Origin: Octopus sinensis | Lineage: Eukaryota | Reading direction: 5' to 3' | DNA length: 64,000 bases | Assembly: GCF_006345805.1 (NCBI RefSeq) | Contig: NC_043018.1 | Span: 8,308,001 to 8,372,000, forward strand | In this document: one piece after another, positions 1 to 12,541 of the stretch | Numbering within the stretch: the stretch's first letter is position 1 | Layout: each line of letters opens with the position of its first letter | Notes under the pieces: generated by a model | Databases searched by the model: none | What the model was told of the DNA's origin: nothing | The model's input: the letters and a program-made list of their open reading frames with translations, nothing else | Position numbers and translations under genes: made by a program

Positions 1-1103
1 CAGAAATACACAAATTTCCCATCCGTTCACTTTGCCAAGCTGGCATGGACAGGAGGAAGTGATTTATTAAATCAATTGCTGTTTGTTTCCTTTTGCTACA
101 GTCGGCTGCTTCTAGCTGGACTATTAATGACTCAAATATACATAAAATGCTGTAGAAGCAGAGGCGGCAGCAGTAGCAGCGGTAGCAGCGGTAGTAGTAG
201 CTGTGGCTGTGGAAAATTAAGCTATATTGCCCCAGGAGTTACAACGTAATGACTCACATAAAACCATGTGACCAGCAGATTAACCTTACAGCCATTGGGG
301 TGTATCTAAACATATACACACAGAGATGTGTGTGTGTGTGTGTGCCTCTGTGTGTGTGTGTGTGTGCCGCTGTGTGTGTGTGCCTCTGTGTGTGTGTGTG
401 TGTGTGCCTGTTGGCATGCGTGTGTGTGTGTGTCCTGGTTTTCAGTACACCATTTCACTGTGTACTGTAAGAGGCAATTAAAAGTGGGGTTGCCATCAGG
501 AAGGGCATCCAGCCGTAAAAATTTTGCCTCAACTAGTCACATCCAACCCCATACTAGCATGGAAATTAGGACTTAAAAAGCAACAATGATGATGTAGATG
601 ATATATATATATATATATATATATATAAAGGAGTTTGCCTGTCAAATTTGTCTCAACACCCAGTATTGAGTACTTTCTTCAGTAAATGCTGGTTGTTATT
701 TATCAATTAAATTGTTCTGTATTTCCTTTTATCCAAAGCCGGGAACTTTTCAGCACCCCCTCATGTATATATAAAATACAAACACACACATATACAGAGA
801 CACAGAAATACACAAATTTCCCATCCATTTACTTTGCCAAGCTGGAATGGACAGGAGGAATTGGTTTGCTAAATCAATTGCTGTTTGTTTGCTTTTGCAA
901 CAGTCAGCTGCTTCTAGCCGGACTATTAACGACTCCAATATAAATATGCTGGCAGGAGTTGGAATGGACATGTTGAAGTTCCCTACCACTTAGACTGTAT
1001 AATGGATTAGCTGTTAGAAATTGGCTGTGTTCAGTTTGGGGTGTTTCAGTGTCTTTGTGTATGTGACTTGTATACATACATGGTAATTGCCTCATCTTGT
1101 CAC

Positions 1104-1420
1104 ATGTAGGGTTGTGGTTGATCGGCATAGGTGACCGTCTGGAAGGAATGTTCTTGTCGCTCCTTTCTGCCAATGGGTAGCCCCCCACTTGCCGGTGCAA
1201 GATCGACTCTACATGGCTGACGCGTCCCCGAATCTCTGCCGCCACACCACCCGCCTTTCAGACGCTGCGTTCGCCCGCCTTTTGATGCCCGCGTTTGCCC
1301 ACCTTCGCTTGCTCGTATGTAGGGTTGTGGCTGATCGGTATAGGTGACCGTCTGGAAGGGATGTTCTCGTCGCTCCTTTCTGCCAACGGATAGACCCCGC
1401 TTACTGGTGCAAGATCGACT
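1104..1420. repeat. GC-rich ~105-bp direct repeat pair (213-bp period), TRIM-like
   Basis: 1104-1208 is near-identical to 1317-1420; the first copy is bounded by tgtagggt...actctaca. Confidence 0.75.
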
Positions 1421-1781
1421 GGTTTACTTTCATCCATACATGTGCATGGATACGATGTCTCACCATGCATCCATTGCCATAGGACTTTATAAAATTCAAA
1501 ACACATCAAGAAATGAAATGATAGCAAGACATCAGGACATCACTGGAGTCATGTCACAAAAGCTTGTACACAGAACTTTTGCCACTTTCTTGGTCACCAC
1601 AGAAGGTTCCAGTAACAAGCACTGCAAGGTGACTGCTACTGTTTTGACTGCAAATCTTATGTCAGATTATCTTACCCCTAGAATTGCTGCCTTCCCCATG
1701 GCTTTGTGAAAAGTAACAGGAGCTTCTTCTATTCCTGGGAAATCCATTTAACCCATAGATGGGATCCTGACAGATATTACC

Positions 1782-2197
1782 TATTTCTTTACTACCCACA
1801 AGGGGCTAAGCACAGAGAGGACAAACAAGGACAGACAAACGGATTAAGTTGATTATATCGACCCCAGTGCGTAACTGGTACTTATTTAATCGACCCTGAA
1901 AGGATGAAAGGCAAAGTTGACCTCGGCGGAATTTGAACTCAGAATATAGCGGCAGACGAAATAACTATTTCTTTATTGCCCACAAGGGGCTAAACACAGA
2001 GGGGACAAACAAGGACAGACAAATGGATTAAGTCGATTATATCGACTCCAGTGCATAACTGGTACTTATTTAATCGACCCCGAAAGGATGAAAGGCAAAG
2101 TTGACCTCGGCGGAATTTGAACTCAGAATATAGCGGCAGACAAAATACCACCAAGCATTTCGTCCGGCGTGCTAACGTTTCTGCCAGCTCACCGCCT
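1782..2197 (-). mobile_element. tRNA-derived SINE family A, dimer
   Basis: Head ggcggtgagctggcagaaac and core gcctttcatcctttcggggtcgat; 17-bp TSD tcctgacagatattacc at 1765-1781 and 2198-2214. Confidence 0.9.
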
Positions 2198-2429
2198 TCC
2201 TGACAGATATTACCATTCCAAGTCAGAACAGACCTGGGAGAAATGGTAACTCCATGCTCCCTACAACTTCAGAACTCCCAAGCTGGAGCCAAACCACTGG
2301 ATGCAGTTTAATGTCATACACACATACATATGTTTGCACGTATATATATTTGTGTGTGTGTGTGCATATTAGTATGTGTGTGTGCATGTTTGTATGTGTA
2401 TGTATCTGTATGTGATTGTGCATGTTTGC

Positions 2430-2640
2430 CATCATCATCATCATCATCATCATCGTTTAACGTCCGCTTTCCATGCTAGCATGGGTTGGACGATTTTGAC
2501 CGAGGGCTGGCGAACTAGATGGCCACACCAGGCTCCAATCTTGATCTGGCAGAGTTTCTACAGCTGGATGCCCTTCCTAACGCCAACCACTCCGTGAGTG
2601 TAGTGGGTGCTTTTTACGTGCCACCAGCATGGGGCCAGTC
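2430..2640 (-). mobile_element. RTE LINE 3' tail
   Basis: ccaacccatgctagcatggaaagcggacgttaaacgatgatg tail, the same as follows the RTE ORF at 29744. Confidence 0.8.
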
Positions 2641-2918
2641 AGGTTTGTGTGTGTATGTATTTGTGTATGTGTGTATGCATGCATGTTTGTGCATGTGTGT
2701 GTGTGCGCGTATGTTGCCATTTCCACTTTTCACATGAAATCATCTGAATCAAAGAAGTATTGCCATGTCTGCAATTCTTGTGACAATTGCATTCCATACT
2801 TGTGAAACAAGTAAAAGGATGCCAACAAGAAGAGTATCCGGCCAATGTACTCCTCTGACCAATGTCAACATAGGAAAATGGATGTAAAATGAATAAACAC
2901 TCCAGTAGATATCTGCTA

Positions 2919-2969
<51 letters not shown>

Positions 2970-2977
2970 TTATTTAT

Positions 2978-3206
2978 TTATTTACTACCCACAAGGAGCT
3001 AAACACAGAGGGGACAAACAAGGACAGACAAGCGGATTAAGCCGATTATATCGACCCCAGTGCATAACTGGTACTTAATTTATCGACCCCGAAAGGATGA
3101 AAGACAAAGTCGACCTCGGCGGAATTTGAACTCGGAACGTAACGACAGACGAAATACGGCTACACATTTCGCCCGGCGTGCTAACGTTTCTGCCAGCTCA
3201 CCGCCT
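2978..3206 (-). mobile_element. SINE family A monomer
   Basis: Same head, core and tail as 1782-2197. Confidence 0.85.
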
Positions 3207-3262
3207 ATATATATGTATGTATATATATATACACACAAACACATGCCGATAAAATCCACACA

Positions 3263-3300
<38 letters not shown>

Positions 3301-3599
3301 TAGATAGATAGATAGATAGATAGGGAAAGAGAGGGAAAGGGGAGAGAAGAATGAGAAAAAGAGAGTGAGAGAGAGAACCGTCGTCCCCCCCGCACACACA
3401 CACACACACACACAAATACACGCCCAATAGCAGTGGTAGAAGATCAAGTGGTTAAGTCCATCTAAGCTGTACAGATATAAAGCAGGTGTTTGTGTCAGCC
3501 AACTGCTGGCCTAAATCTACTCAAATGAACTAATGTTGCACAGTCAGCTGATCTGTATGGAGCAGTGCTTTTGAGGATTCCAGCTGGGACCACATAGCT

Positions 3600-4080
3600 A
3601 TGATGATGATGAGGAGGAGGAGGAAGAGGAGGAGGAGAAAGAGGATGGCAATGAAGATGATAAGGATGATAATGAAGATAATGTGAACAGAAGGGATGAT
3701 GACGATAATGAAAGTACTAATGATACCGACAACGATGACTATAAAGATACGATGACTATAAAGATATGAGGGTGAGGAAATTGATGATAATGTTGATGAA
3801 AAGGATAATGATGCTGATGATGATGATGGTGGCAATGATGATGACAAAAGTACTGATGATGCTGACAACAGTGATGACAATGATATCGACAATTAGTGAA
3901 AATTGTGATGGTGAAGTAATAATGATAGTTATGATGATGATGATGATGATGGCACTGATCAAGATAACGATGATGATAATATTAAAGATGGTGATAGCAT
4001 TAATAATAATGATGATGACAGCATTGATGATGCTATTATTATTGCTGATAATGATTATAATATTGATGATGATGATGATA
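3600..4080. repeat. degenerate (GAT)n microsatellite
   Basis: Trinucleotide runs giving poly-M/D/I ORFs. Confidence 0.9.
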
Positions 4081-4475
4081 ACAAACACATAGTTTGTATC
4101 CAAATGGGCCCAGTGGTGTTAATAAGTTTTATTCCTAACGATACCAGCAACTGTATGGTTTCTGGTTTCAAACTCACTGTGCGGCACCTTCGAAAGAATT
4201 GTCTCATCTGTGTAAAAGTTCAATCACAGTCTTTGGAAGACAAGAAACTCTGATTAAAAGACAGTTTCTGTTTAGCGGGAGATGGGGTAGACTTAATCTT
4301 CTGCCCACCCACCCCGTTTTAAAATCACCTTCACCACCATCATCACGACAACCCCTAGCACCACTTACCATCGAGTCTCCTTTAGCAGAGGTCTTCAGTT
4401 TAAATTCCCTCCCTCCCTTCCTTTCTTCCACTAGTCTTGCAGCCCCTAAGAAAGATTACAGAGGCAGCATTTACA

Positions 4476-4846
4476 TCTATATATATAAAGCTGAAGTTGT
4501 CTGTGTGTGGCATGGTTGGTAGCCTTCAAGTAACACTATCTCCTCCGAGACCCTGCGGCGCAAGTTGACCAAAATTGAGAGTATGATAGTAGAAGGCTTG
4601 CTCTTAATGCCGTAGAAGATAAAATTTAAATTGGACCATGTTAAAACCAAAAATTATTTACATCAAAAAGGTGCTTTTTTTCTATGAAAATCCCGATTTT
4701 TTACGATTTTTTTACTGTGTCGCCAGTTTTCGGTGTATTTCAACCAGAAAAATGTTCACTTAAAGAGATGCAAAATTTTTACTTTTCAAAAATTCCAATT
4801 CTAAAGGGTCAAAACAAACCCAAGCAACGATGGGCAATACTGCTAG
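4476..4846 (+). mobile_element. non-autonomous Helitron
   Basis: 5' TC(tatatatataaag), subterminal hairpin ccca..tggg, 3' CTAG, inserted between A and T; second copy at 54413-54812. Confidence 0.8.
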
Positions 4847-5310
4847 TATCTGATAAAGTCATTTAAAATAATATATTTAATGATGATGATGGTGGTGGTG
4901 GCAGTGGAGGTGGTTAAAGTGATCAATACAGTAGAGATTGTGTGAAGATGATAATACTAAATAGTCGTGGATGTAAACAAATCCTACCATGGATTAAGGT
5001 TGTTAGTATGAAGGATTTAAGGTGAAATATAAACTTGATCTTCCTTTGAATATTTCATTTTTCACTTTGTACACACACTCACTTACACACATGCACACAC
5101 ACACACACACGCATGCATATGTACAGCAAGAGGAGGAGTACAAAGGAAGAGCCTTTGCCAATGTTCTGTAGTGTGAGCATCAAAGGCATGAGATACTCTG
5201 GATTACAAGACAGTGTATCAGAAGGAACTGAGATGTGGGTGAGACGTGTGTACAGATAGATGATGGTGGGCTTGCACTTAGTGATTCTGAATAGAAAGAC
5301 ACATGGAAGT

Positions 5311-5665
5311 CATCATCGTAGTTTAACGTCCGCTTTCCATGCTAGCATGGGTTGGACGATTTTGACTGAGGGCTGGCGAACCAGATGGCTGCACCAGACT
5401 CCAATCTTGATTTGGCAGAGTTTCTACAGCTGGATGCCCTTCCTAACACCAACCACTCCGTGAGTGTAGTGGGTGCTTTTACATGCCACCGGCATGAGGG
5501 CCAGTCAGACGGTACTGGCAACGACCTTGCTCAAATCTTTTACACATGCCACTGGCACAGGTGTCAGTAAGGCAATGCTGGTAACGATCACGCTTGAATG
5601 GTGTTCTTAATACCCTACTAGCACGGGGCTCAAGTGCCAGTAAGGCGATGCTGGTAACGATCACA
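5311..5665 (-). mobile_element. RTE LINE 3' UTR/tail
   Basis: Shared RTE tail sequence. Confidence 0.8.
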
Positions 5666-5674
5666 GTCGAAGTG

Positions 5675-5905
5675 TTACTATGAAAGGGTTATTAAGTGGG
5701 AGGAATGCATGGCAGAAAGAGGGTCACCCCAACATGGACCCAACAGAGGGAGCAGCTATGCTAGATGGCAGCAATATGATAGATAAAGCAATTGAGGATA
5801 TGAAGGCAAGGAAAGCCCTGGTCCATCAGAAATCACCATTGAGATACTTTGGACACCCAGTGGATTGGGATATGACATAGTCACCCGTAGAGTAAATCAG
5901 GTTTC
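5675..5905 (+). pseudogene. decayed RTE LINE ORF fragment (pre-RT region)
   Basis: PNMDPTEG...IDKAIEDMKARKA resembles the RTE segment before KAPGP. Confidence 0.6.
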
Positions 5906-6051
5906 GTAATAATTTGGGGTCAGGAAATTGACAACACAGTAAAATGAATAATATACATACATACTCAAACAACTACAGATACACACGTACACACAACAGA
6001 TACATACAAATGCACTCAAACACACCCATTACAGGTACAAACACATACAAA

Positions 6052-6283
6052 AGGTGGCGAGCTGGCAGAAACGTTAGCACGCTGGGCGAAATGCTTGGCG
6101 GTATTTTGTCTGCCGCTGTGTTCTGAGTTCAAATTCCGCCAAGGTCAACTTTGCCTTTCATCCTTTCGGGATCAATAAAGTAAGTACCAGTTATGGACTG
6201 GGGTCGATGTAATCGACTCAATCCCTTTGTCTGTCCTTGTTTGTCCCCTCTATGTTTAGTCCCTTGTGGGCAATAAAGAAATA
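6052..6283 (+). mobile_element. SINE family A monomer
   Basis: Full unit; TSD acaaacacatacaaa. Confidence 0.85.
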
Positions 6284-6469
6284 ACAAACACATACAAACT
6301 ACAAATGCATACACACACACACACACTCAGGTAATACAGGTACAGACTAGAGATAATATGAACGGCAGATGCAGACACACCCAACCCAATTGCAGTAGAA
6401 TCCCAATCCAACAGATGTTGCTTGAGCAGATTTGATGTGTGACTGAACAACAACAATGATAATGACACA

Positions 6470-7790
6470 CACATCTACATCACACATTCAGATCAAGTCA
6501 CATGACACATCTACAGCGTGTCACATGACAGTTACATTATGTCACATGATGCATTACATGCTTCAGCTACATCACATCACCCGACATGGTTGTATAACAT
6601 CACATAGCATAGTTACATAAGTTCACATGACACAGCTACATCATGTCACATGTTAGAGCTATGTCATCTCTGATTATGCAGTTATATCATATCACATGAT
6701 ACCGTTACATTATGTCACATGACACAGCTATGTCACTCCACATGACGCAGTTACATCACATCGCTATTCAATTATACCACATCACATGACAGAGCTACAT
6801 CGCACCACACATCAAAGCTACATTATGTCAAATGATACAGCTATATCACATCTCACAATGCAGTTACATCACATCACATGACGCAGTTATGTCACGTCAC
6901 ATGACAGCTATGTCCTACCACACAATACAGTGACATCATATCAAATGTGGAAGCACAATGGCCCAGTGGTTAGGGCAACAGACTTGCGGTTGGAGGATTA
7001 TGATTTTGATTCCTAGACAGGGCGTTGGGTGTGTTTATTGAGCAAAAACACCTAAAGCTCCACAAGGCTCTGGCAGGGGGGGGGCGACCCTTGTTATATG
7101 CTTTCACCACAATTTTCTCTCACTCTTTCTTCCTGCTTCTTGAGTAACGCTATGATGGACTGGTGTCCGGTCCAGCTGGGGTGGGGAACACATACACCAT
7201 AGAAACCGGAAAACCAGGCCATGAACCTGGCTAGGCTTGAAAAGGGTGCATAAATAAAAGAATATCAAATGACACAGCTACATCACGTCACATGGTACAG
7301 CTATGTCATCTCTGATTATGCAGTTATATCTCATATCACATGATACCATTACATTATGTCACATGACACAGCTATGTCACTCCACACGACGCAGTTACAT
7401 CACATTGCTATTCAATTATACCACATCACATGACAGAGCTACATTACAGCTACATCATGTCAAATGATACAGTTATATCACATCACATGACGCAGTTATG
7501 TCACGTCACATGACAGCTATGTCATGTCACACAATACAGTGACATCATATCAAATAACACAGCTGTATCACATCTTATGAAGCAGTTATGCTACATCACA
7601 TGACAAAGCTATGTCCTGTCACACAATACAGTGACATGTCAAATGATACAACCACATCACATCGCATATCTCACAATAGATCATATTACTTGTCACATAG
7701 AACACAACACATCCACATCATATCATATGGCATAATGGATATCCCCTAACACATGGGGTAAACATAAATTATCACATGACACATGTACAT
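6470..7790. repeat. degenerate ~20-bp minisatellite (catcacatgacacagctaca)n interrupted by a SINE
   Basis: Recurring cacatgac/cagctac motifs; 6657-6945 matches 7299-7555. Confidence 0.8.
6948..7261 (+). mobile_element. tRNA-derived SINE family D
   Basis: A box tggcccagtgg; TSD atatcaaatg; related to 40066-40372 and 54958-55332. Confidence 0.8.
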
Positions 7791-7818
7791 CAGCTTACTC
7801 ACACATAAACACACAAGG

Positions 7819-8385
7819 CCTATTTCTTTATTACCCACAAGGGGCTAAACAGAGAGGGGACAGACAAATGGATTAAGTCGATTACATTGACTGCAGTGCA
7901 TAACTGGTACTTAATTTATCGACCCCGAAAGGATGAAAGGCAAAGTCGACCTCGGCAGAATTTGAACTCAGAACGTAGCGGCAGACGAAATACCTATTTC
8001 TTTACTACCCACAAGGGGCTAAACACAGAGGGGACAAACAAGGACAGACACACGGATTAAGTCGATTACATCGACCCCCAGTGCATAACTGGTACTTAAT
8101 TTATCGACCCCAAAAGGATGACAGGCAAAGTCGACCTCGGTAGAATTTGAACTCAGAACGCAGCGGCTGACGAAATACCTATTTCTTTATTATCCACAAG
8201 GGGCTAAACATAGAGGGGACAAACAAGGACAGACAAATGGATTAAGCCGATTACATTGACCGCAGTGCATAACTGGTACTTAATTTATCGACCCCGAAAG
8301 GATGAAAGGCAAAGTCGACCTCGGCGGAATTTGAACTCAGAACGTAACGGCAGACGAAATACGGCTACGCATTTCGCCCGGTGTG
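7819..8385 (-). mobile_element. SINE family A trimer
   Basis: Three head-to-tail units joined at aaagaaatag|gtatttcgtc. Confidence 0.9.
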
Positions 8386-9435
8386 ACCAACACACAACAT
8401 CTTCTTCTGTGAGCCCTGTTAACTCACGACAAGTGGCTTGCCTCCATCCCTCGCACACAACGGATTTCCTGACACCAGCAATCGTATATGCGGAAGGTGT
8501 AAGACATTGATGCAGGGGTAAAACGAACATGTGTGTGTGTGCGTGTGTGTGTGCGTGCACGCGAGCGCATGTGCAGGGCGCATTTAGAACAAGACTGAAC
8601 AGGCATCAACAAGTGTCTTATGGCTTAAGACAACAAGCCCCACCCTACCTCGACATGTAGTAGTAGTATTAATATTAATATTGTGGGGGTGAGTTGGGGG
8701 GGGGGCTTTGTATCATCAGTAGCCAATCACCTGACAAAACAATTAGAGCAAAGGAAGTAGGGATGTGGGGGTGGGGTGGGGGAGAGGGGGCCAACAAAGA
8801 TGCCTTTTGTTTACATCCTTCTTAACAAAACTAAGCAGCATTGTCTCTTCACATGACAAGGTGAGCAATATGCTGAATTACAAGATGGTGGTGGTGGCGG
8901 CGGCAGTGGCTGCAGGCATGGTGGTGGTGGTAGTGGTGGTAGTAGTAGTAGTAGCAGCAGCAGTAGTAGTAGAAGTAATGGTAGCAGTAGTAGTAGTCGT
9001 CTTAGTAGAAGCAGTAGTAGTAGTCATTGTAGTAGTAGTGTTGGTGGTGGTGGTGGGTATTCTTGTTTAGCCATAGGCTAACTTCCTTCCAGCAGAGACT
9101 ACAATCAAAGGCATTCCAGATATGGCCACCATAGTCTTTCCAGCCTTTATCTATAACTACATCATCCCACGAAAAGAGTCCCACCAATTTTTTTTTTTTA
9201 ACAAGATGGTAGGTTTCGGTTTGCTGGAATATCTGGTTCCCTCATTGGTGGTGGTGGTGGTGAAGTTAATTGTTGTTTAGCCAAATGTGATCGACACCAT
9301 TTGAACCCATGATCATGGCACTGACTTTTTCAGACATAGCCTAGCTAGGAGTACATTATCGAATAAGCCCATGTTGTTGCAGCTGAGGAAAACGACACCC
9401 AACAACCACCTGTTACACCAATCTCTGTCATACCT

Positions 9436-9663
9436 ATTTCTTTATTACCCACAAGGGGCTAAACACAGAGAGGACAAACAAGGACAAACAGATTAAGTCG
9501 ATTACATCGACACCAGTGCGTAACTGGTACTTAATTTATCGACCCTGAAAGGATGAAAGGCAAAGTCGACCTCAGAGGAATTTGAACTCAGAACGTAAAG
9601 GCAGACGAAATACTGCTAAGCATTTCGCCCGGTGTGCTAACGTTTCTGCCAGCTCCCTGCCTT
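9436..9663 (-). mobile_element. SINE family A monomer
   Basis: TSD aatctctgtcatacct at 9420-9435 and 9664-9679. Confidence 0.9.
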
Positions 9664-9851
9664 AATCTCTGTCATACCTCCACAAAAAACAACCATCTGC
9701 TGATATTTTAAAACAGAGGAAGGCAGCGAGTTAGCAGAATCATTAGCATGCGGCGCCAAAAACTCTGCAGCATTTCAACCCGTGCTAGCACGGGAAAACG
9801 GACGTTAAACGACGATGATAGCGGCGGCGGCGATTACTACTACTACTATAC

Positions 9852-10260
9852 TCTCTTTTACTCTTTTACTTGTTTCAGTCGTTTTGACTGCGGCCATGCT
9901 GGAGCACCACCTTTAGTCGAGCAAATCGACCCTGGGACTTATTCTTTGTAAGCCCAGTACTTATTCTATCAGTCTCTTTTGCCGAACCGCTAAGTGATGG
10001 GGGACGTAAACACACCAGCATCGGTTGTCAAGCAATGCTAGGGGGACAAACACAGACACACAAACATATACGCACACATACATATATATATATATGTACA
10101 TACATACGACAGGCTTCTTTCAGTTTCCGTCTACCAAATCCATTCACAAAGCATTGGTTGGCCCGAGGCTATAGCAGAAGACACTTGCCCAAGATGCCAC
10201 GCAGTGGGACTGAACCTGGAACCATGTGGTTGGTTACCAAGCTACTTACCACACAGCCAC
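9852..10260 (-). mobile_element. tRNA-derived SINE family B (CORE-like, internal TA/TG microsatellite)
   Basis: gtggctgtgtggtaag head, cttgggcaagtgtc core, catggccgcagtcaaaacgactgaaac tail. Confidence 0.85.
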
Positions 10261-10305
<45 letters not shown>

Positions 10306-10544
10306 TGAGTTCAACTTTGCCTTTTCTCCTTTCAGGGTTGATAAAATAATTACCAGTTGGGCACGGGGGGCGGGGGGGTTGATGTGACTTACTCCACCCA
10401 TCGAAATTGCTGGCCTTGCATTAAAATTTGAAACTAATATTTTTAAAAGGTGGTGGGGTGCACAACAATGTGGTTTACTACAATGATACAAAGGCATCCA
10501 CAAGTTCCAGGTTCAATCCCATGACATGGCACCTTGGGCAAGAG

Positions 10545-11480
10545 GCTGAGTTATATGAAGGGGTCAAATTATATTAACCCTTTCGTTACTGTATTTATTT
10601 TCAGATGCTCTGTGTTTCTTCCAATTATTTTAAATATATCAAAGAATTTAGTAAAATAACATCGTTATAATTAAGCTGGTGTTAAGAACATAAATTCTAA
10701 CTAAGGTTTGGTGGAAGATTTTAATTCAGAACTTTTGAAAACCAGACATTTGTACTAAACAGCCAGAGCTGGTTTCAGCCGGGTTGATAACGAAAGGGTT
10801 AAGAGGTTGAATTATATTTAGGTTTTCTAAAAATCCTGACATTTTCTAGTTTATTTCAAAAGCTCAACACATACCTATAGATCATATGTAGTCCACCTAG
10901 AATTGGTGAACATGAAGCAGCAAACATTTTTATGTGTCTTGTGTAGAGAAAAAGAAGTTAGGGTCCAGTTATATTATTGAGTGGCTAAGTTATATTAAGG
11001 AGTTGAGTTATATTAAAGAGTGATGTTAAGGGGTCAAGTTATATTAAGGGGTTAAGATATATTTAGGGGTCGAGTTATATTAAGGGGTCAAGTTGTATAA
11101 ACGGGTCGAGTTGTATAAAGGGTTCAAGTTATATAAAGGGGCCGAGTTACATTCGAGGATCGAATCAAGAGGCTGAGTTATATAAAGGGATCAAGTTATA
11201 TTAAGGGTCAAGTTATATTAAAGGGCTAAGATATATTAAGGGGTCGAGTTGTATAAAGGGGTCGAGTTGTGTAAAGGGGTCCAGTTATATAAAGGGGTTG
11301 ACTTACATTCAAGGATCAAATCAAGAGGCTGAGTTATTTAAAGGGATCAAGTTATATAAAGGGTCAAGTTATATTAAGAGGTTTAGTTATATTAAGGGGT
11401 CAAGTTATATTAAGGGTTAGTTATATTAAGGGTCAAGTTATATCAAGGGGTTTAGTTATATTAAAGGGTTAAGTGATATG
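10545..11480. repeat. ~18-bp minisatellite (ggggtcaagttatattaa)n
   Basis: Many degenerate units, mainly 10960-11480. Confidence 0.85.
10578..10798. mobile_element. piggyBac-like MITE
   Basis: TTAA TSD; TIR ccctttcgtta...taacgaaaggg; inverted copy at 60452-60676. Confidence 0.85.
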
Positions 11481-12052
11481 TAGTAGAAAACACTTGCTCA
11501 AGGTGCCATGCCATGGGACTGAACCTGGAACCATGTGGTTGGGAAGCAAACTTCTTACCACACAGCCACACCTGTAGATTGTGTGTGGTGTATTTATTAT
11601 ACTATATTGTGGTCTGTGGGTTGTGATGTATTATTGGATATTGGTTACGTGGATATTGATTACGTTGATTGCATTATTGTGGGTGGGTGGGGGGGCATAC
11701 GAGTGGTGTAGCTTCCATTATTATATAATTGAGTATTGATTATGTGAATTACATGGATTGCATCATATAATAATGTATTGATTAGAGATTGGTGTGGAGT
11801 GAGAGCTATACAATAATTATCAGTTGTGAAGTGTATGGCATGTGCTGTGTTCATTGTAATGGAATTGTGTTGAGTAGGAATGGTGAGGGTGGCGCTGCAT
11901 TATCAAGAGATTATGTGAAGCATTTAGTGTCAGCTGTATTAAGTTATAGCGTAGTGATTGTGCAGAGGAAGCTATTGACTTATGTCTTGCGTTGATGTAA
12001 GCTGTGTCTACCCAGGGTTACTATTGCAATAATCATTATTATTGTTATTATT

Positions 12053-12498
12053 ATTGAGTGAGAGAGCAGTGCATGCCATCAAAGTGACACTGGGGTAAAA
12101 TATACGAAGCCCAATATACCTATCATGACTACCCGTCTGATAAGGGTACACCTGGCACATGCATCACAACCATATGTGCACGACATGGTGATTTCATATC
12201 AAGATAAACAGCACCTGACCTTGCAGGTGGGGTCCAGTTAGAATTTTCTTCTGGTCAAGTAACCCATCACGCTCAAAAGGTCCCTGAATAAGGGTTGTTT
12301 AAGGATGTTGAACGAAACGCTCATGTTTCCAGAGGTCAATTATTCAAACCCCAAAGAAGCCCCCTCAACACACGGCTATGATGCTCCCCCACGACTTCTG
12401 CTCGTGATCAGAGATGCACATATCAACAGCCACTAAGGGACATGCTCAACTGGTTAAGGTCAAACAACTGACAAGCAAATCTGTGGCATTGAGCAGAA

Positions 12499-12503
<5 letters not shown>
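12053..12503 (-). mobile_element. non-coding dispersed repeat embedded in (TTA)n
   Basis: Partial copy in the opposite orientation at ~51833-52038; flanked by TTA repeats. Confidence 0.7.

Positions 12504-12540
<37 letters not shown>

Positions 12541-12541
<1 letters not shown>

Noticed and set aside
904-1527. Protein-coding repeat ORFs (YPLAERSD..)
   Set aside because: Differences between the copies are mostly non-synonymous transitions, with no sign of codon-level selection
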